Shown in pieces: positions 24,653 to 37,081 of a stretch of 64,000 nt of DNA. Position numbers and translations under genes: made by a program. The stretch covers positions 359,414,001 through 359,478,000 of the forward strand of contig OZ024740.1 of the NCBI GenBank assembly GCA_964016885.1, given 5' to 3'. The stretch comes from Eledone cirrhosa (Eukaryota). Below the pieces are notes generated by a model. That model worked only from the letters and a program-made list of their open reading frames with translations. It ran no database searches and was not told the DNA's origin. Every line of letters starts with the position of its first letter. Within the stretch, counting starts at the first letter, position 1.

Positions 24653-27600
24653 TTATATAGAGAAAAGGCCCAACCACTCGGGCCATCTTTGCACACTCAC
24701 CCACCTTTTATAAAATTTGCTGGGGTACAGCACCTCTCTCTCCATCCTGATTCTTCTTCCAAAATGATATTTGAAAAAACGAATCAGTTGCTCGCCGGAG
24801 AGAGAGGTGTCTGACCTCAGCCCTTTTAACCTCATCCACCATATAACCTCTTTCACCATAGCCGTAACACATCGGAAAACCGCCTCTCCCTCGTTTTTGA
24901 AGGAGGGTGGCGGTTTGATCATGAAAATGGACTCGGCGGTCAACTGGATTGGTCCCACCCGCGACAATAGTCGTTCTACATAACCCCACAGGTCGGTAAC
25001 GCCCGGGCAGTGTACAAATGCGTGTGCGATGGTTTCCTCGTCGCGCACGCATCTCGGACAGATCTGTTTCGAAGGGTCGCTACCCGGGCGCCCATGTCTG
25101 TAGAGCTTGTCTCGAACTGGTAGAGCTCCTCGGTAGCACTGCCAGGCCAGGGACTTTTGGAAGTTGTCCATTGGTCCCGGGCGGAAGGTCCTACCGAACA
25201 GACTGGCCAGTTCGTCCTCCTCTACGCCTAGAGTTTCTCCGAGCGTGTCGTTGCACTTGCTGCGGACTAACCCTCTATAGAATGTCGAGGTGGAGTCTCC
25301 AATGATTGCCGCGTCCGTTTGCCAGAGGACTGTGAGCGCCTGACCACATTCGATGTGCTAGTTGCCCATTTTCCTCGGTCTTTGCTTGACCCAGGACTGC
25401 AGCTCGGTCAGGGAGACGAGTCGTGGGAAGACTCGCCTCACGAACGGGGCCCACACCGGTTGTCTGGTAAGGAATACGTAGAGGTGCCGAAGCCTGAGCG
25501 CGTGTTTGCACATCGTCAGCCACGGCATCCCCAGCCCTCCGTTTGAAGGGTGTTGGCAGCAGATGGATCTTTTCACCAAAGGAGCCCGTTTCTTCTAAAG
25601 GAATTGGAAGAGCGCGCGCTCCATTTTGGTGAGCGTTTTGGCCGGACAAGGCACAGCGGTCAAGCGGTAGTAGATGACGGACGCTATAAACGTGTTCGCC
25701 ACCTCCGCTCGACTTTTCAAGGATAGTTTGCACTCGGCCCACTTCTGGGTGAGCGCAAACACCTTGGCCGTCACCTCGTCCCAGTTCTTCTCCACCTGGA
25801 GGTCCGGACCAAACCATACCCCGAGCAGCTTTACCGGTCCTTCCGTCCAGCGTCCGACGACGTCATCGGAAGGCATCGGTTTGCCTCTCCACGTTCCGAG
25901 TTGCAAACCGACGGATTTGTCCCGGTTCAGCTTCGCTCCTGTGAAACTTTCGTATTCCTCCAGTAAGGTGCCGATCTCCCCGATTTGCGAGGTGCTCGAC
26001 ACCATTACTGTCACGTCGTCGGCGTAGGCCGACGCCGCTTTTCGCAGTCCCGGTTCCAAAGGGATGCCCTGCAATAGCTCCAATTTCCGCAGTAGTGGCT
26101 CGAGAGTCAGTACGTACAGAAGGGAGGAGAGAGGACATCCCTGTCGGATGGATCGCGTGATATGGAACGGCTCCGAGAGGTAGCCGTTCACCTTGACCCT
26201 TGAGCAGATGTTGCTGTTGTGCATTGCAGCAATCCAGCCCCTGAACACGGGACCGAAGCCTGCCGCCTCGAGCACCGCATCCAGGTAACGATGGTCAACC
26301 CTATCGAAAGCCTTAGACTGATCAAAGTTCATCAGGGCCCCACCGAAGCCGGGTTTACACCCTACCCTCTCTATGATGTATCGCATGAGGTAGAGGTTGT
26401 CGTGTATGGACCTGGTGGAGATTGCGAATGTCTGCGCTTTCCCACCAGATTTTCGACGACAAGCGCCAGCCTCTTTGCCAACACCTTGGCCAAAATCTGT
26501 AACTGTGTTGAGCAGAGTTATAGGCCGGAAGTTTCCTATGTCATCCCCCTTGTTCTCGTCCTTCCTGACTAACGTGATTACGCCCTTGATCACAGAACTG
26601 GGAATTCACCCGTTCTGCTGCCAGTTGCAGTAGACCGCTTCCAGGAGACTGGAGAACACGTCCGGCATTGCTACGTAAAATTCGTAGGGTAGACCGTCGA
26701 GACCTGGAGATTTGCGTTTACCGCATTGGCTCAGCGCGTGCCCTATCTCAGCGGCCGAAATAGGCCTTTCGCAGAACTTCGCCTCGCTGTCCGAGAGTCG
26801 CGGTAGGCCGTCGAGGTATGAACTGAAATCCATAGCCCCTCCCGGCGCGCCGCCCTGCCCGAACAGTTTAGCAAGTGCCGCTGCAAGGCTGCGCACATTT
26901 TCTTCGGCTCACGTATCACGCGTCCGTCTTGGTCCTTCAAAGACCGAATCGTGGACTTGTTGCCAATGTTCGCCTCCGTCACTCGGGCCCAGCTAACAGC
27001 TTTGGCTCCCTCGTTTCCCAGAGCACGTATTTTGCTTCTGACAACGCAGCCCTCGTGATTTGCGTCGAAGAACTGGTCCAAGGCCGTTCTCGTCGCTAGC
27101 ACGCTGGCTACGTTGCCACTCTTAAGTGCCTCTTCTACTTTATCTACCAGTTCCTTTTCGGTCTTATTTCTATCTAACGCTAATTCTTTACTAAAAACTA
27201 ACGAGTCTAATCTAACTGCCCTCTTGAGAGAGTACCACCATCTGTTGTTGACAATGGCCCCCGTCAAGTGCTGCTTAACTAAAGTGCTAATCCGTCTACT
27301 GTAGGCTTTGCATATTGGTAACGACAAGTTCAGCTTCCAGTAGCCGGGTCTATGGGTTTTGTCAAGGTTCACTAAGCAGGTCACTAATTTGTGATCTGAA
27401 TAGGCAACCATGAACATTTGTGGACAGCTTAACATGTCCCTATCTTTCTTTCTTTCTAACTAGAACCCTATCTAGGTACGATCTAGATGTTCCGCTACGA
27501 TTACTCCACGTCCACAGTGGCGCAGTCGGAAAATCTAGTCGATATCTATCGGCTAGGTCAAATCGGCCGATTAACTGTTTGAGGCTGTTACACCCCCCTT

Positions 27601-28074
27601 TATCGGGACATGCTCCCACATAGTCCCAACGTGCATCTAGGATTCCATTCCAGTCCCCCACTAAAAGCAAGGAGCGGGACGTTCCCAGAAAAGTCTCTAG
27701 ACGTCTGAAGAAGTCTGGCCGCGGTGTCCCGGATGGGGCATATGCGGCCACCAGCCTGAAGGCTCCACTTTCACTACCGTCAACGTCTAGGACCACCAGT
27801 CGACCCTCCGGGTCCAGATGTACTGTCTGTGTTACGAGGCCCAGGTGTTTCCGCAGCAAAACGGCAACTCCGCCTCCACCCCCGGCCGACAGAGAGATGC
27901 GTAGATCTCAAAGTCATCGAAGATGGGGGCCAGCTGTCGCTCGCCGTGGATCCTGGACTCGCAAATGGCTACCACATCCATACTGTGCGACCTGAGGTCG
28001 TTTAAGAGTTTGCCCTGTTTCCAGGGCATCCCCAGGCCGCGTACGTTCACACATCCAACTCTTATATTGGCCAT
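24653..28074 (-). pseudogene. Tx1 ORF2 (APE endonuclease, reverse transcriptase, zinc-binding domain), frameshifted
   Basis: MANIRVGCVNVRGL, VGDWN, SYLDR, SDHK, GYWKLN, KSPGLDGLPYEFY, FRPITLLN, DQSKAFDRV, IRQGCPLS, YADDV, GGLGMP and CPRC..EETIAHAFVHC, spread over several frames. Confidence 0.92.
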
Positions 28075-28107
28075 GTTGGTGCTGAAAAGTTAAAAGAGGA
28101 AAAGAGA

Positions 28108-30023
28108 TCACTCACCCTTCGCCTCCTGGGGACCAGGCCGCACGATTTCCATGGGGGTGTTGGAGGGGTTGTCTGGATGGGTGGTGGTTTCCGGCGGGGT
28201 GGGGATGCAGATGTTTGGTGGGGTGGGGTCTGGTGGGATGGGGGTGTCTGGGGTGGGGAGGCATTTGAGAAGGACGCGGTTGAGTGGTTTCACGCAGGAA
28301 TTCCCCACATCCTTCTCAAATGTTTCTTTTAGGGACCTATAAGTTTGTATAGGGACCCTAATCAGTTTTAGGTTCAGTTTTTTGCTATTTTTAATAGAGT
28401 GGGCGAAAGTTTTCCCTTCGGTGAAAACCGAAGGGTCGTTCGTGATGGTCTCCATTAGTGTTTTGTTGTCAGTGTTTATGTAAGTGTAAGTGTAATTTTC
28501 TTGTGTTGTGTTTGTTTTTGTCTGTAGTTCTTGTGTGTGCTTTCGTTTTGTTGTAGGTATTTTGTTTTCAGGAGGTGGGGGTTTTGTTTGTGATATTTTT
28601 GTTGTTTGTGTTGGTGGTTGTATGTTTGTGGTAGTGTTTGCTGGTTTTTGCTTTTGTGGTGTCTTTTCTTTCTTTTCGAACGATGGGGTTCTCCCTCGTC
28701 TTCACTGGGTGATGGCGAGATAGCCTCATCTGTTGTATCGTCTGTGTGATTGGGGAGGGGTATGTCTTGGGGAGCTGTTGTGTCTGTATGTGATTTTGCA
28801 GTGGTTTTAGGTGGAGTGGGGTTGGGTGGGACTGTGTTTGTTGTGGTTATTTTTGTGTGTTGGTGTTGTTGTTGTTGTGGTGGTGTTGGTGGTTGTGTTG
28901 TTTTGATGGGTGTCGGCAGAAGAGCCTTTTTTTGGTTCATTAGTTTAGGACAGGAAGCCCTCAGGTGACCCCTGCTAAAGCAATGGTAACATGAAGGCCA
29001 CCTACTCTCAACCGAAAGGTTTATGTAGGTGATTCCGTCCAGGAGTACACGCTGTGGGATCATAGCTATTCGCTCTGGGCTCATTTGCACCAGAACTTCA
29101 ATGCTAGTCCCATTGAATACATCTCTGGGGGACTTGCCTACTGACAGTATTCTGTCTTCATCAAAATTGATGAAGCCGCACAGTATCCACCATATGTTCA
29201 CCTTTGGTGTGACACTTGTGATTCTGATCTTTTGTGTCCTTTTTCCCATGTATGTAGGGAAAAAGGTGTACAGGCTGGATACAATTGGCGACACAGAGTA
29301 ATTTTGGGCCGTCAATTGATCCTTCATGAGTACCGAAATACTCCCAAAAAGTTTGCTTCTTTGAATGAATGCAATATCATTCATTGAATCTTTGAAAACC
29401 AGTTCAATATCTTTCTGTGACAATTGGACTGGTTTTCGGGTAGAATTGGAAACTGTCCTAAAAACTATCGTTTTGAGAGCAGTTTCCTTGCGAATTTCTA
29501 CCGGAGAATTGATGCTGAAAGCACCATTTTTTTCGAAGGTGACATATCTCTTAGTGTCCTTTAAAAGGTGTTCAGCATTTGTTATGTCGAGATATATCAA
29601 TTGTTCTTTCTTTTGAACTTTCTCTGCAAAGGAGATTTTTGGTTTCTTTGTGGAATCCGTATTGGTGGTGTTGTCATTATTGTTGTTATTGTTGTTGTTA
29701 TTCTTGTTGTCACCGATGTTGGTATCATCCGTATTTTCCTTGGTGCTGTTGTTGTCTTTGATGCTGGTGTTATTGGCGTTGTCTTTATTTTTTTCTTTGT
29801 TGTTGTTATCATTGTTGCTTTTATCATCATTATTGGTGTTGCTGTTATTTTTGTTGTCATTGAGCTGTTTGGTGTCATTCGTGTTGTTTGGATATGAATT
29901 CGTTTTTTTATTTTCATTTTGTCTTTCCATCTGTATAGTATCTAGTGAAGAAGACGTTGTTGACTGCGAGCTTTGTAGTCTTACCGCCTCTCCACCACCA
30001 TTATCGTTGGACGCAGCGTTCAT
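28108..30023 (-). pseudogene. Tx1 ORF1 nucleic-acid-binding protein, probably frameshifted in the C-terminal part
   Basis: 515-aa ORF 28476-30023 with an Asn-rich N-terminus, CYHCFSRGHLRASC knuckle and Pro/Thr-rich region. The 28108-28455 segment is homologous to copy 3 and ends just before ORF2. Confidence 0.85.
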
Positions 30024-30241
30024 AACGTAATCAAAATTTTACAATATTTTTTCCAAGATTCGATGGAGAAAAATTTTTTTAAATGGATATTCCACCCCTG
30101 AAGGGGCGAAAATGAGTTGACCCACCAGCTGAAGGTCCAGACGGGTGGTCAAGTTACACAATGATATAAAATTTAACTAAAAACTCACGTTTTTTTCTTA
30201 CATAAATTAACGGAAACTTCTCCGCGAAGTGACACATGACT

Positions 30242-30242
<1 letters not shown>

Positions 30243-30326
<84 letters not shown>
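30243..30326. repeat. (GATA)n tract separating Tx1 copies 1 and 2
   Basis: Directly visible perfect tract. Confidence 0.95.
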
Positions 30327-30327
<1 letters not shown>

Positions 30328-31351
30328 TTATTGACCACAAGGGTGCACAAGAAATGGGACATTACAGGACGTATGGCGGGGATTTTTCATTTAAGCGTGC
30401 AAACAAAAGTGTTAACTTTTATAAAATAATTGTTTCTACTTTAGGCACAAGGCCAGCAATTACCCAGTACATTACTGGTACTTTATTTTATCGACCCCGT
30501 AAGGATGAAAGGCAAAGTTAACCTCGGCGGGATTTGAACTCAGAATAGCAAGGGCCGTAACTCTATGCGTCAAAGCATGGCGTCCGACCCTCTACCGATA
30601 CTGCCAATTCACCGCCCTCTTTTATAAAATAATAAATAACAATCGAAATCCCCAATAGGAGGAACGTTACTGCAGGGTTGTTTTACACCCCGTATATAGA
30701 ACAACTCTCAACTCCAGGAGCATGTTCTGTAAGTGCTCCTGTATTCTCCCTTTTGTCTTCTTCAAACTACAGGTTTATATACAGAGAAGACCCAATCACT
30801 CGGGCCATTTTCGCAACATTCACCCACCTTTCAGCGAATTTACTGGGGTGCAGCACCTTTCTAACCACTCTCATTTTCCTTCTGAAGTGGTATTTAAAGA
30901 AGAGAATGAGTTGTTGACTGGAGAGGAAAGTGTCTATCCTCAGTCCTTTTAATCTCGTCCATCATATAACTTCTTTCGCCATAGCCACCAAACAGAGGAA
31001 AACTGCCTCTCTTTTGTTTTTAAATGACGGCGATGGCGTGATCCTCATGGGCAACGTATGACACAGTTGCAGTAGATGGCATAAGGTCTTTTACATTCTC
31101 TTGTCCAGGAGCGTTCTCCAGTTTCTGAGACTGTAGGATATTTTGATATTTCTTAGATTTCATAGATAATATTTTTTCAATTATCCGAAATATCAAAGCA
31201 AATATTCGCCCCTAAGGGCTTGAAACTTAGAGAAACCAACCGCCCGAAGTTTCAGGTGGTTGGCTTAATTCTGAAACAAAAAAATTTACAAATATCAGAT
31301 TTTCTCGTAGAAAATTAAACAAAAACTCACCAGCGAGTCGTCACAAGTCTA
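30327..31351 (-). mobile_element. Internally deleted Tx1 derivative, copy 2, with a SINE in its 3'UTR
   Basis: 30327-31045 is homologous to the 3' ends of copies 1 and 3. 31200-31351 resembles the 5'UTR of copy 1. Confidence 0.78.
30431..30619 (-). mobile_element. Meta-like SINE, subfamily A
   Basis: Near-identical to 5152-5339; 14-bp TSD ttttataaaataat. Confidence 0.88.
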
Positions 31352-31369
31352 CCCATAAAGATAAATAGA

Positions 31370-34300
31370 TTTCTTTATTAGCCACAAAGGCGCACAAGAA
31401 AAGAGGACAATACAAAGACATGCCGGGGATTTTACATACAGTCGTGTAAAAAATATAAAATCAAACAATTACAGCAATCGAAATCCCCAATAGAGGGCAG
31501 GCCCCAAAATGGGTTGTTTAATAACCCGTCGATAGAACAACCCTCAACTCGAGGAGCGTGTTGTGCAAGTGCTCCTTTCTTCCTTTTGCTCTCTTCCTCA
31601 ACCTACAGGCTTATAAACAGAGAAGGCCCAATCACTAGGGCCATTTTCGCTTCATTCACCCACATTTCAGTAAATTTACTGGGGTGCAGTGCCTTTCTCT
31701 CCACTCTGATTCTCCTTCTAAAGTGATACTTAAAGAAGGAAATCAATTGTTGTCCGGAAAGAAAGGCATCTGTCCTCAGTCCTCTCAACCTCATCCACCA
31801 TATAACTTCTTTTACCATAGCCACCGTATAGAGGAAAACCGCCTCTCTTTCGTTTTTGAAAGAGGCTGGCGGTTTAATACTTACTATGGACTCGGCAGTC
31901 AACTGGATTTGTCCCATACGCGACAGCAGTTGTTCTTCATAGTTCCACAGGTCGGTTACGCCCGGGCATTGTACAATTGCGTGCAGGACTGTTTCAATGT
32001 CCTGCGCGCATCTTGGACACGTCCTCTTGGAAGGATCCCTGCCGGGGCGTCCATGCCTGTAGATCTTGTCACGAACCGGTAGAGATCCTCGGTAGCACTG
32101 CCAGGCCAGGGACCTCTGGAAGTTGTCCATAGGTCCCGGGCGGAAAGTCCTACCAAACAGACTGGTGAGCTCATCGTCTTCGACGCCCAGAGTCTCTCCG
32201 AGCACGTCGTCGCCCTTGTAACGTACAATCCCTCTATAGAATGTCGAAGTGCAGTCTCCACTGATTGCTGCGCCCGCTTGCCAGAGGACTGTGAGCGCCT
32301 GAGCGCATTCGATGTGCCAAGCGCCCATCGTTTTCGGTCTTTTCTTGTAGGAAAGCCTGTCTCACAAACGGTGCCCACACCGGTTGGGGGTCGGTGAGGA
32401 ATACCTGGAGATGCCGCAGCCTCAGCGCATGTTTGCGCATCATCAGCCACGGCATTCCCAGCCCTCCGTTGGAAGGGTGCTGACAGCAGACGGATCTCCT
32501 CACCATCGGAGTCTGCTTCTTCCACAGAAACTGGAAGAGCATGGGTTCCATCTTGGCGAGGTGTTCACGGGGACAAGGCACGACAGTCAAGCGGTAGTAG
32601 ATGACGGACGCTATGAAAGTGTTCGCCACCTCCGCTCGACCTTTCAAGGACAGTTTGCACTCTACCCACTTCTGGGTGAGTGCAAACACCTTGGCCATGA
32701 CCTCGTTCTAGTTTTTCTCCACCTGGAGGTCTGGACCGAACCAGACCCCGAGCAATTTCACCGGTCCGTCCGTCCAGAGTCCAACGACGCTGTCGGACGT
32801 CATCGGTTTGCCTCTCCACGTACCGAGCTGCAAACCGACAGACCTGTCCGGATTTAGTTTTGTTCCCGTCAGCGTTTCGTATTCTTTCAGTAAGTTGCCG
32901 ATCACACCGATTTCCGAGGTGCTCGACACCATTACCGTCACGTCGTCGGCATAAGCCGGCGCCGCTTTGCGCAGTCCCGGTTCTAGAAGGATGCCCTGCA
33001 ACAGCTCCAATTTCCGCAGTAGTGGCTCTAGAGTCAATACATACAGAAAGGAGGAGAGAGGGCACCCCTGTCGAATGGAACGCGTGATTGCGAACGGCTC
33101 TGATAGGTAGCCGTTCACCTTGACCCTCGAGCAGATGCTGGAGTGCATCGCCTCGATCCATCCTCTGAACACGGGACCGAAACCGGCCGCCTTGAGAACC
33201 GCTTCCAAGTATCGATGGTCGACCCTATCGAATGCCTTAGACTGATCCAAGTTGATCAGAGCCCCACCGAAGCCGGGTTGACTACCCACCCTCTCTATGA
33301 TGTATCGCATGAGGTGGAGGTTGTCGTGTATGGACCTGGTCGGGATTGCACCCGTTTGCGCTTTCCTTACCAGGTTCTCGGCGACAAGTGCCAACCTCGT
33401 CGCTAGCCTCCCCCCCCCCCTATTGGGGATTCTGTATTGAGCAGAGTTATGGGGCTAAAGTTGTTAATTTCGTCCCCCTTGTTCTCGTCTTTCCTGATCA
33501 GCGTTACTACGTCCTTGCCTGCAGAACTGGGAATTCTCCCGTTCTGCTGCCAATTGCAGTACACGGCTTCGAGGACGCCAGAGAACAAGTCTGGCATGCC
33601 TATGTAAAACTCGTAGGGTAGACCATCTAGACCGTTTCCCGCAGAGGCCCAGAGCGTCCCGTATCTCAGTGTCCGTGATCGGTCTTTCGCAGAACTCGGC
33701 GTCCGTGTTCGAGAGACGCAGCAGGCCGTCGAGGTATGAACTAAAGTCCATTGCCCGTTCGGCTCACCGTCGTTCTGCTCAAATAGTCGCGCAAAGTGCC
33801 GCTGAAAGGCCGCGGACATTTGCTTGGGGTCAAGTAGCACGCGTCCGTTTTGGTCTTTCAAAGACCGAATCGTGGACTTGTTGCCACTTTTTGCCTCCGC
33901 CACTCGGGCCCAGCTGACAGCTTTCGCTCCTTCGTTTCCTAGAGCACGTGTTTTGCTTCTGACCACGCAGCCTTCGTGTTTCGCATCGAAGAACTGGTCC
34001 AGTGCCGTTCTCGACGCTAACATTCAGGCCGCGTTGCCACTTCTAAGGGCCTCCTCTACCTTAGCTACTATTTCTCTTTCTATTGTTTTTCTCTAAGGCT
34101 AACTCTCTGCTATACCCTATCGATTCTATTCTAATTACTTTCTTGAGAGAGTACCACCATCTATTGTTGACGATGGCTCCCGTTAACTGTTGCTTGACTA
34201 GTCTACTATCCGTTGACTGTAAGCTTTACGTGCCGGCAACGACACGTTCAGCTTCCAGTATCCGAGTCCTTGTCTATGTATTCTATCACGGTTGACTAAG

Positions 34301-35760
34301 CAGACGACTAATTTGTGATCTGAATAGTCAACCATGTGCATTCGTGGACAGCTTAACATCTCCTTGTCCCTTTCTCTAATGAAGAACCTATCTAAATACG
34401 ATCTAGATGTCCCACTGCGGTTTGCCCACGTCCACTGTGGTGCAGTCGGGAAATCCAGTCGATACCTATCGGCCAGTTGGAATTGGCCGATTAAAGTTTT
34501 GAGGCTGTTGCACCCCGCTCTACTGGGACATGCTCCCACGTAGTCCCATCGTGCATCTAGGATACCATTCCAGTCCCCCACTAAAAGTAAGGAGCGAGAC
34601 GTTCCCAGAAAAGACTCTAGACGCTTAAATAAGTCTGGCCGTGATTGCGATTGCCCGGTCGGGGCATAAACGGCCACCAGTCTGAAGGCTCCACCTCCAA
34701 TACTGTTCACGTCTAGGACTACCAGTCTACCCTCCGGGTCCAAGTGTACTTGCTGTACTTCGACGTCCAGGTTCTTCCGAAACATGACAGCCACTCCCCC
34801 TCCACCTCCTGGCTGACAGAGAGATGCGTAGATCTCAAAGTCGTCGAAGATGGGGGTTAGTTGCTGTCTGTTGTGGATCCTGGACTCGGTGATGGCTATC
34901 ACATCCATACCGTGTGACCTAAGGTCGTTTAAAAGTTTCCACGGCATCCCTAGGCCACGCACATTCACGCTTCCAACTCGTAAACTAGCCATGTTGGTGA
35001 AGAAGAGTTGGAGAAAAAGGACGAAAAGGTGCACTTACCTTTTCGTTTCCTGGAGATTGGGTTGTTCAATCTCCATTTAGGTGTTGGAGGGGTGTTGGGT
35101 GGGGTGGGGAAACATTTTAACAGGACGCGGTTGATGGGTTTCTGGAGTTGCCCACGACCTGCGAAAATTTATTTTTCAGGTCACTATAGGTCTCCATAGA
35201 GACCCTTATAAGTTTAAGGTATGGAGACGATTCTGCTTTGACGAAAGTTTTTCCCTCCGTCTCCACCTTGGGGTTTGGGGAGATGACCTCCATCAAACTC
35301 TTGTTGTTTGTGTTGATGTATGCGTATTGTTATTTGTGTTTTTGTTATGTTGTTTTAGTTTGTTGTTCGTCCGGGAGTTTTCTTTTTATGGTGGGTGCTT
35401 GTGTTTGGGGTGGTGGTGGTGTTGGTTTTGCTGGTAGGGGGATGTTTGACTGTGGTGTTGTTTGTGTTGTTGTTTGTGTCTGTGGTTGTGTGTTGGTGCT
35501 GGTGATTGGAGTTTTGGGGGTTTTGTGGTGTCACTTTTTTGTTTTTTAGATTTCCGAGGCTCTCCTTCTTCTTCACTTAAAGAAGGAGAAGCAGCCTCAT
35601 CTGTCGATGAATAATCATCGTCAGGAGTGTGAGGTAGGGGTATGTTGTGTGATGGTGGTGTTTCGGTGTGTGTGTTTGTGGTAGTGTTTGATGGAGTGGG
35701 ATGGGTGGGGCTGTGTTCTTCAGAGGCGTTGTCTGTGTTTTTTCTGTTGTTGAGGACGAA
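31370..35760 (-). mobile_element. 5'-truncated Tx1/L1-clade LINE, copy 3 (diverged subfamily)
   Basis: ORF2 starts MASLRVGSVNVRGL (ATG at 34990-34992) and carries APE, RT (YADDV) and CPRC motifs. ORF1 C-terminus lies at 35035-35760. GATA-like sequence on both flanks. Confidence 0.9.
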
Positions 35761-36834
35761 AAGAGATAGAAAGATATGGATTGATAGATATGTAAATACA
35801 TGGGTTAAAATCTTGCGTGATGTTGTAATAAGCATAGCGAGAGTTTACTACCTCCACCACCATCATCGCTACCCCACTTTTTCATCGCATAAATCTCTTA
35901 ACGAAGCATATTTTGTATGAAATTTTGCAGAGAGGTACGTTTTCGAAAGAGAAGGTTATGATAATGTTAAATTTTTTTTTTTTTACTTTAAACTCTACCT
36001 TCTTACGATTTCTTGGAAATAAGGAGCATAATGCTAACATTTATTGTTTTATACTTCCGATAGTTAATGCTTTAATGTATTTGTAAGTAGGCTTTCAATT
36101 TTTTGTTAATATTGAGGAAGGTAAATTAAGATAATATCAAATATTTTTCCATGAATGAAATGTCATTCTACAAATATGAATTGCACACACAAAAAAATTA
36201 GATATAATTGTTAGCTAGACATTCAAAAACATTTTTAAAATATGCATTATTGTGTATTAAGAAGGTTATGAAAGGAAAATTTGAAGGTGAACTAAATTGT
36301 AGCTATGCAACATTGTTAGCCGTCCTAATATGTATAAATAAGTATAAATAAACAGACAAACAGAGAGCACACATACACACTCACACGCATATATATGTAT
36401 GTGAGTGTATTATGTATCACATCTGTCTGTATATCTAGGTATCTAATCATCTTTGTGTCTCTATTCATCCTTAACTATTTATTAGGAAGCTAAACAATAT
36501 CGCTTGTTTTATTGGTTCGTGTGTTGAAATCACGGTGATAAAGTTGTATGTTTGATTTTTGTACGGAGTGGCTCGTTGTACTTTTTAGGAAGAAGCTGCT
36601 TTTTACGTTGCCTTTTACTATACGACTGGGATCTCTGTCATTAAAACATTCAAGAAACAGCTAAAACTGCACAGGTTAGACATGAGAATTTCATTTTCTT
36701 TACATATATATATATGCATGAACGTATGTATGGTCGCGTAAGGCCTGACTACTGCAGATTTCTTCCAGAGAAATATAGAAAGTGGGGGAGAGGAAATGAG
36801 AAAGAGATACAGAGGAAGAATCGACCCCAGTCCT

Positions 36835-36945
36835 ATATTGGTACCTATTTTATCGACTTCGAAAGGATGAAAGGCAAAGTTGACCTTGGCAGAATTTGAA
36901 CTCCGAGAGGAGAGAGCCGGAATGAATATCATAAGGCATTTATCC
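36835..36945 (-). mobile_element. Older Meta-like SINE fragment
   Basis: ggtacctattttatcgacttcgaaaggatgaaaggcaaagttgaccttggcagaatttgaactc. Confidence 0.65.
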
Positions 36946-37081
36946 GATAATTTAACATAGCGTGGTTCATAATAGAGGTGTACATGAAAGCATATAAGGA
37001 AAACTTCTATCGAGACTCTCGTATGTTTATTATACATAACCATATTGTGAGTGTGTATTGCATATATATATATATATATAT

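Larger units (their letters stand above)
24413..30241 (-). mobile_element. Full-length Tx1/L1-clade LINE, copy 1 (disrupted)
   Basis: 5'UTR, ORF1 with a CCHC knuckle, ORF2 with APE endonuclease, RT and C-terminal CxxC..H..C, then a 3'UTR ending AATAAAGAAATT(TATC)n. (GATA)n on both sides. Confidence 0.92.

Noticed and set aside
28082-28115. 34-nt intron fusing Tx1 ORF1 to ORF2
   Set aside because: Removing it leaves the ORF2 ATG out of frame, and copy 3 lacks the acceptor. Only the donor and tract are kept as a finding.
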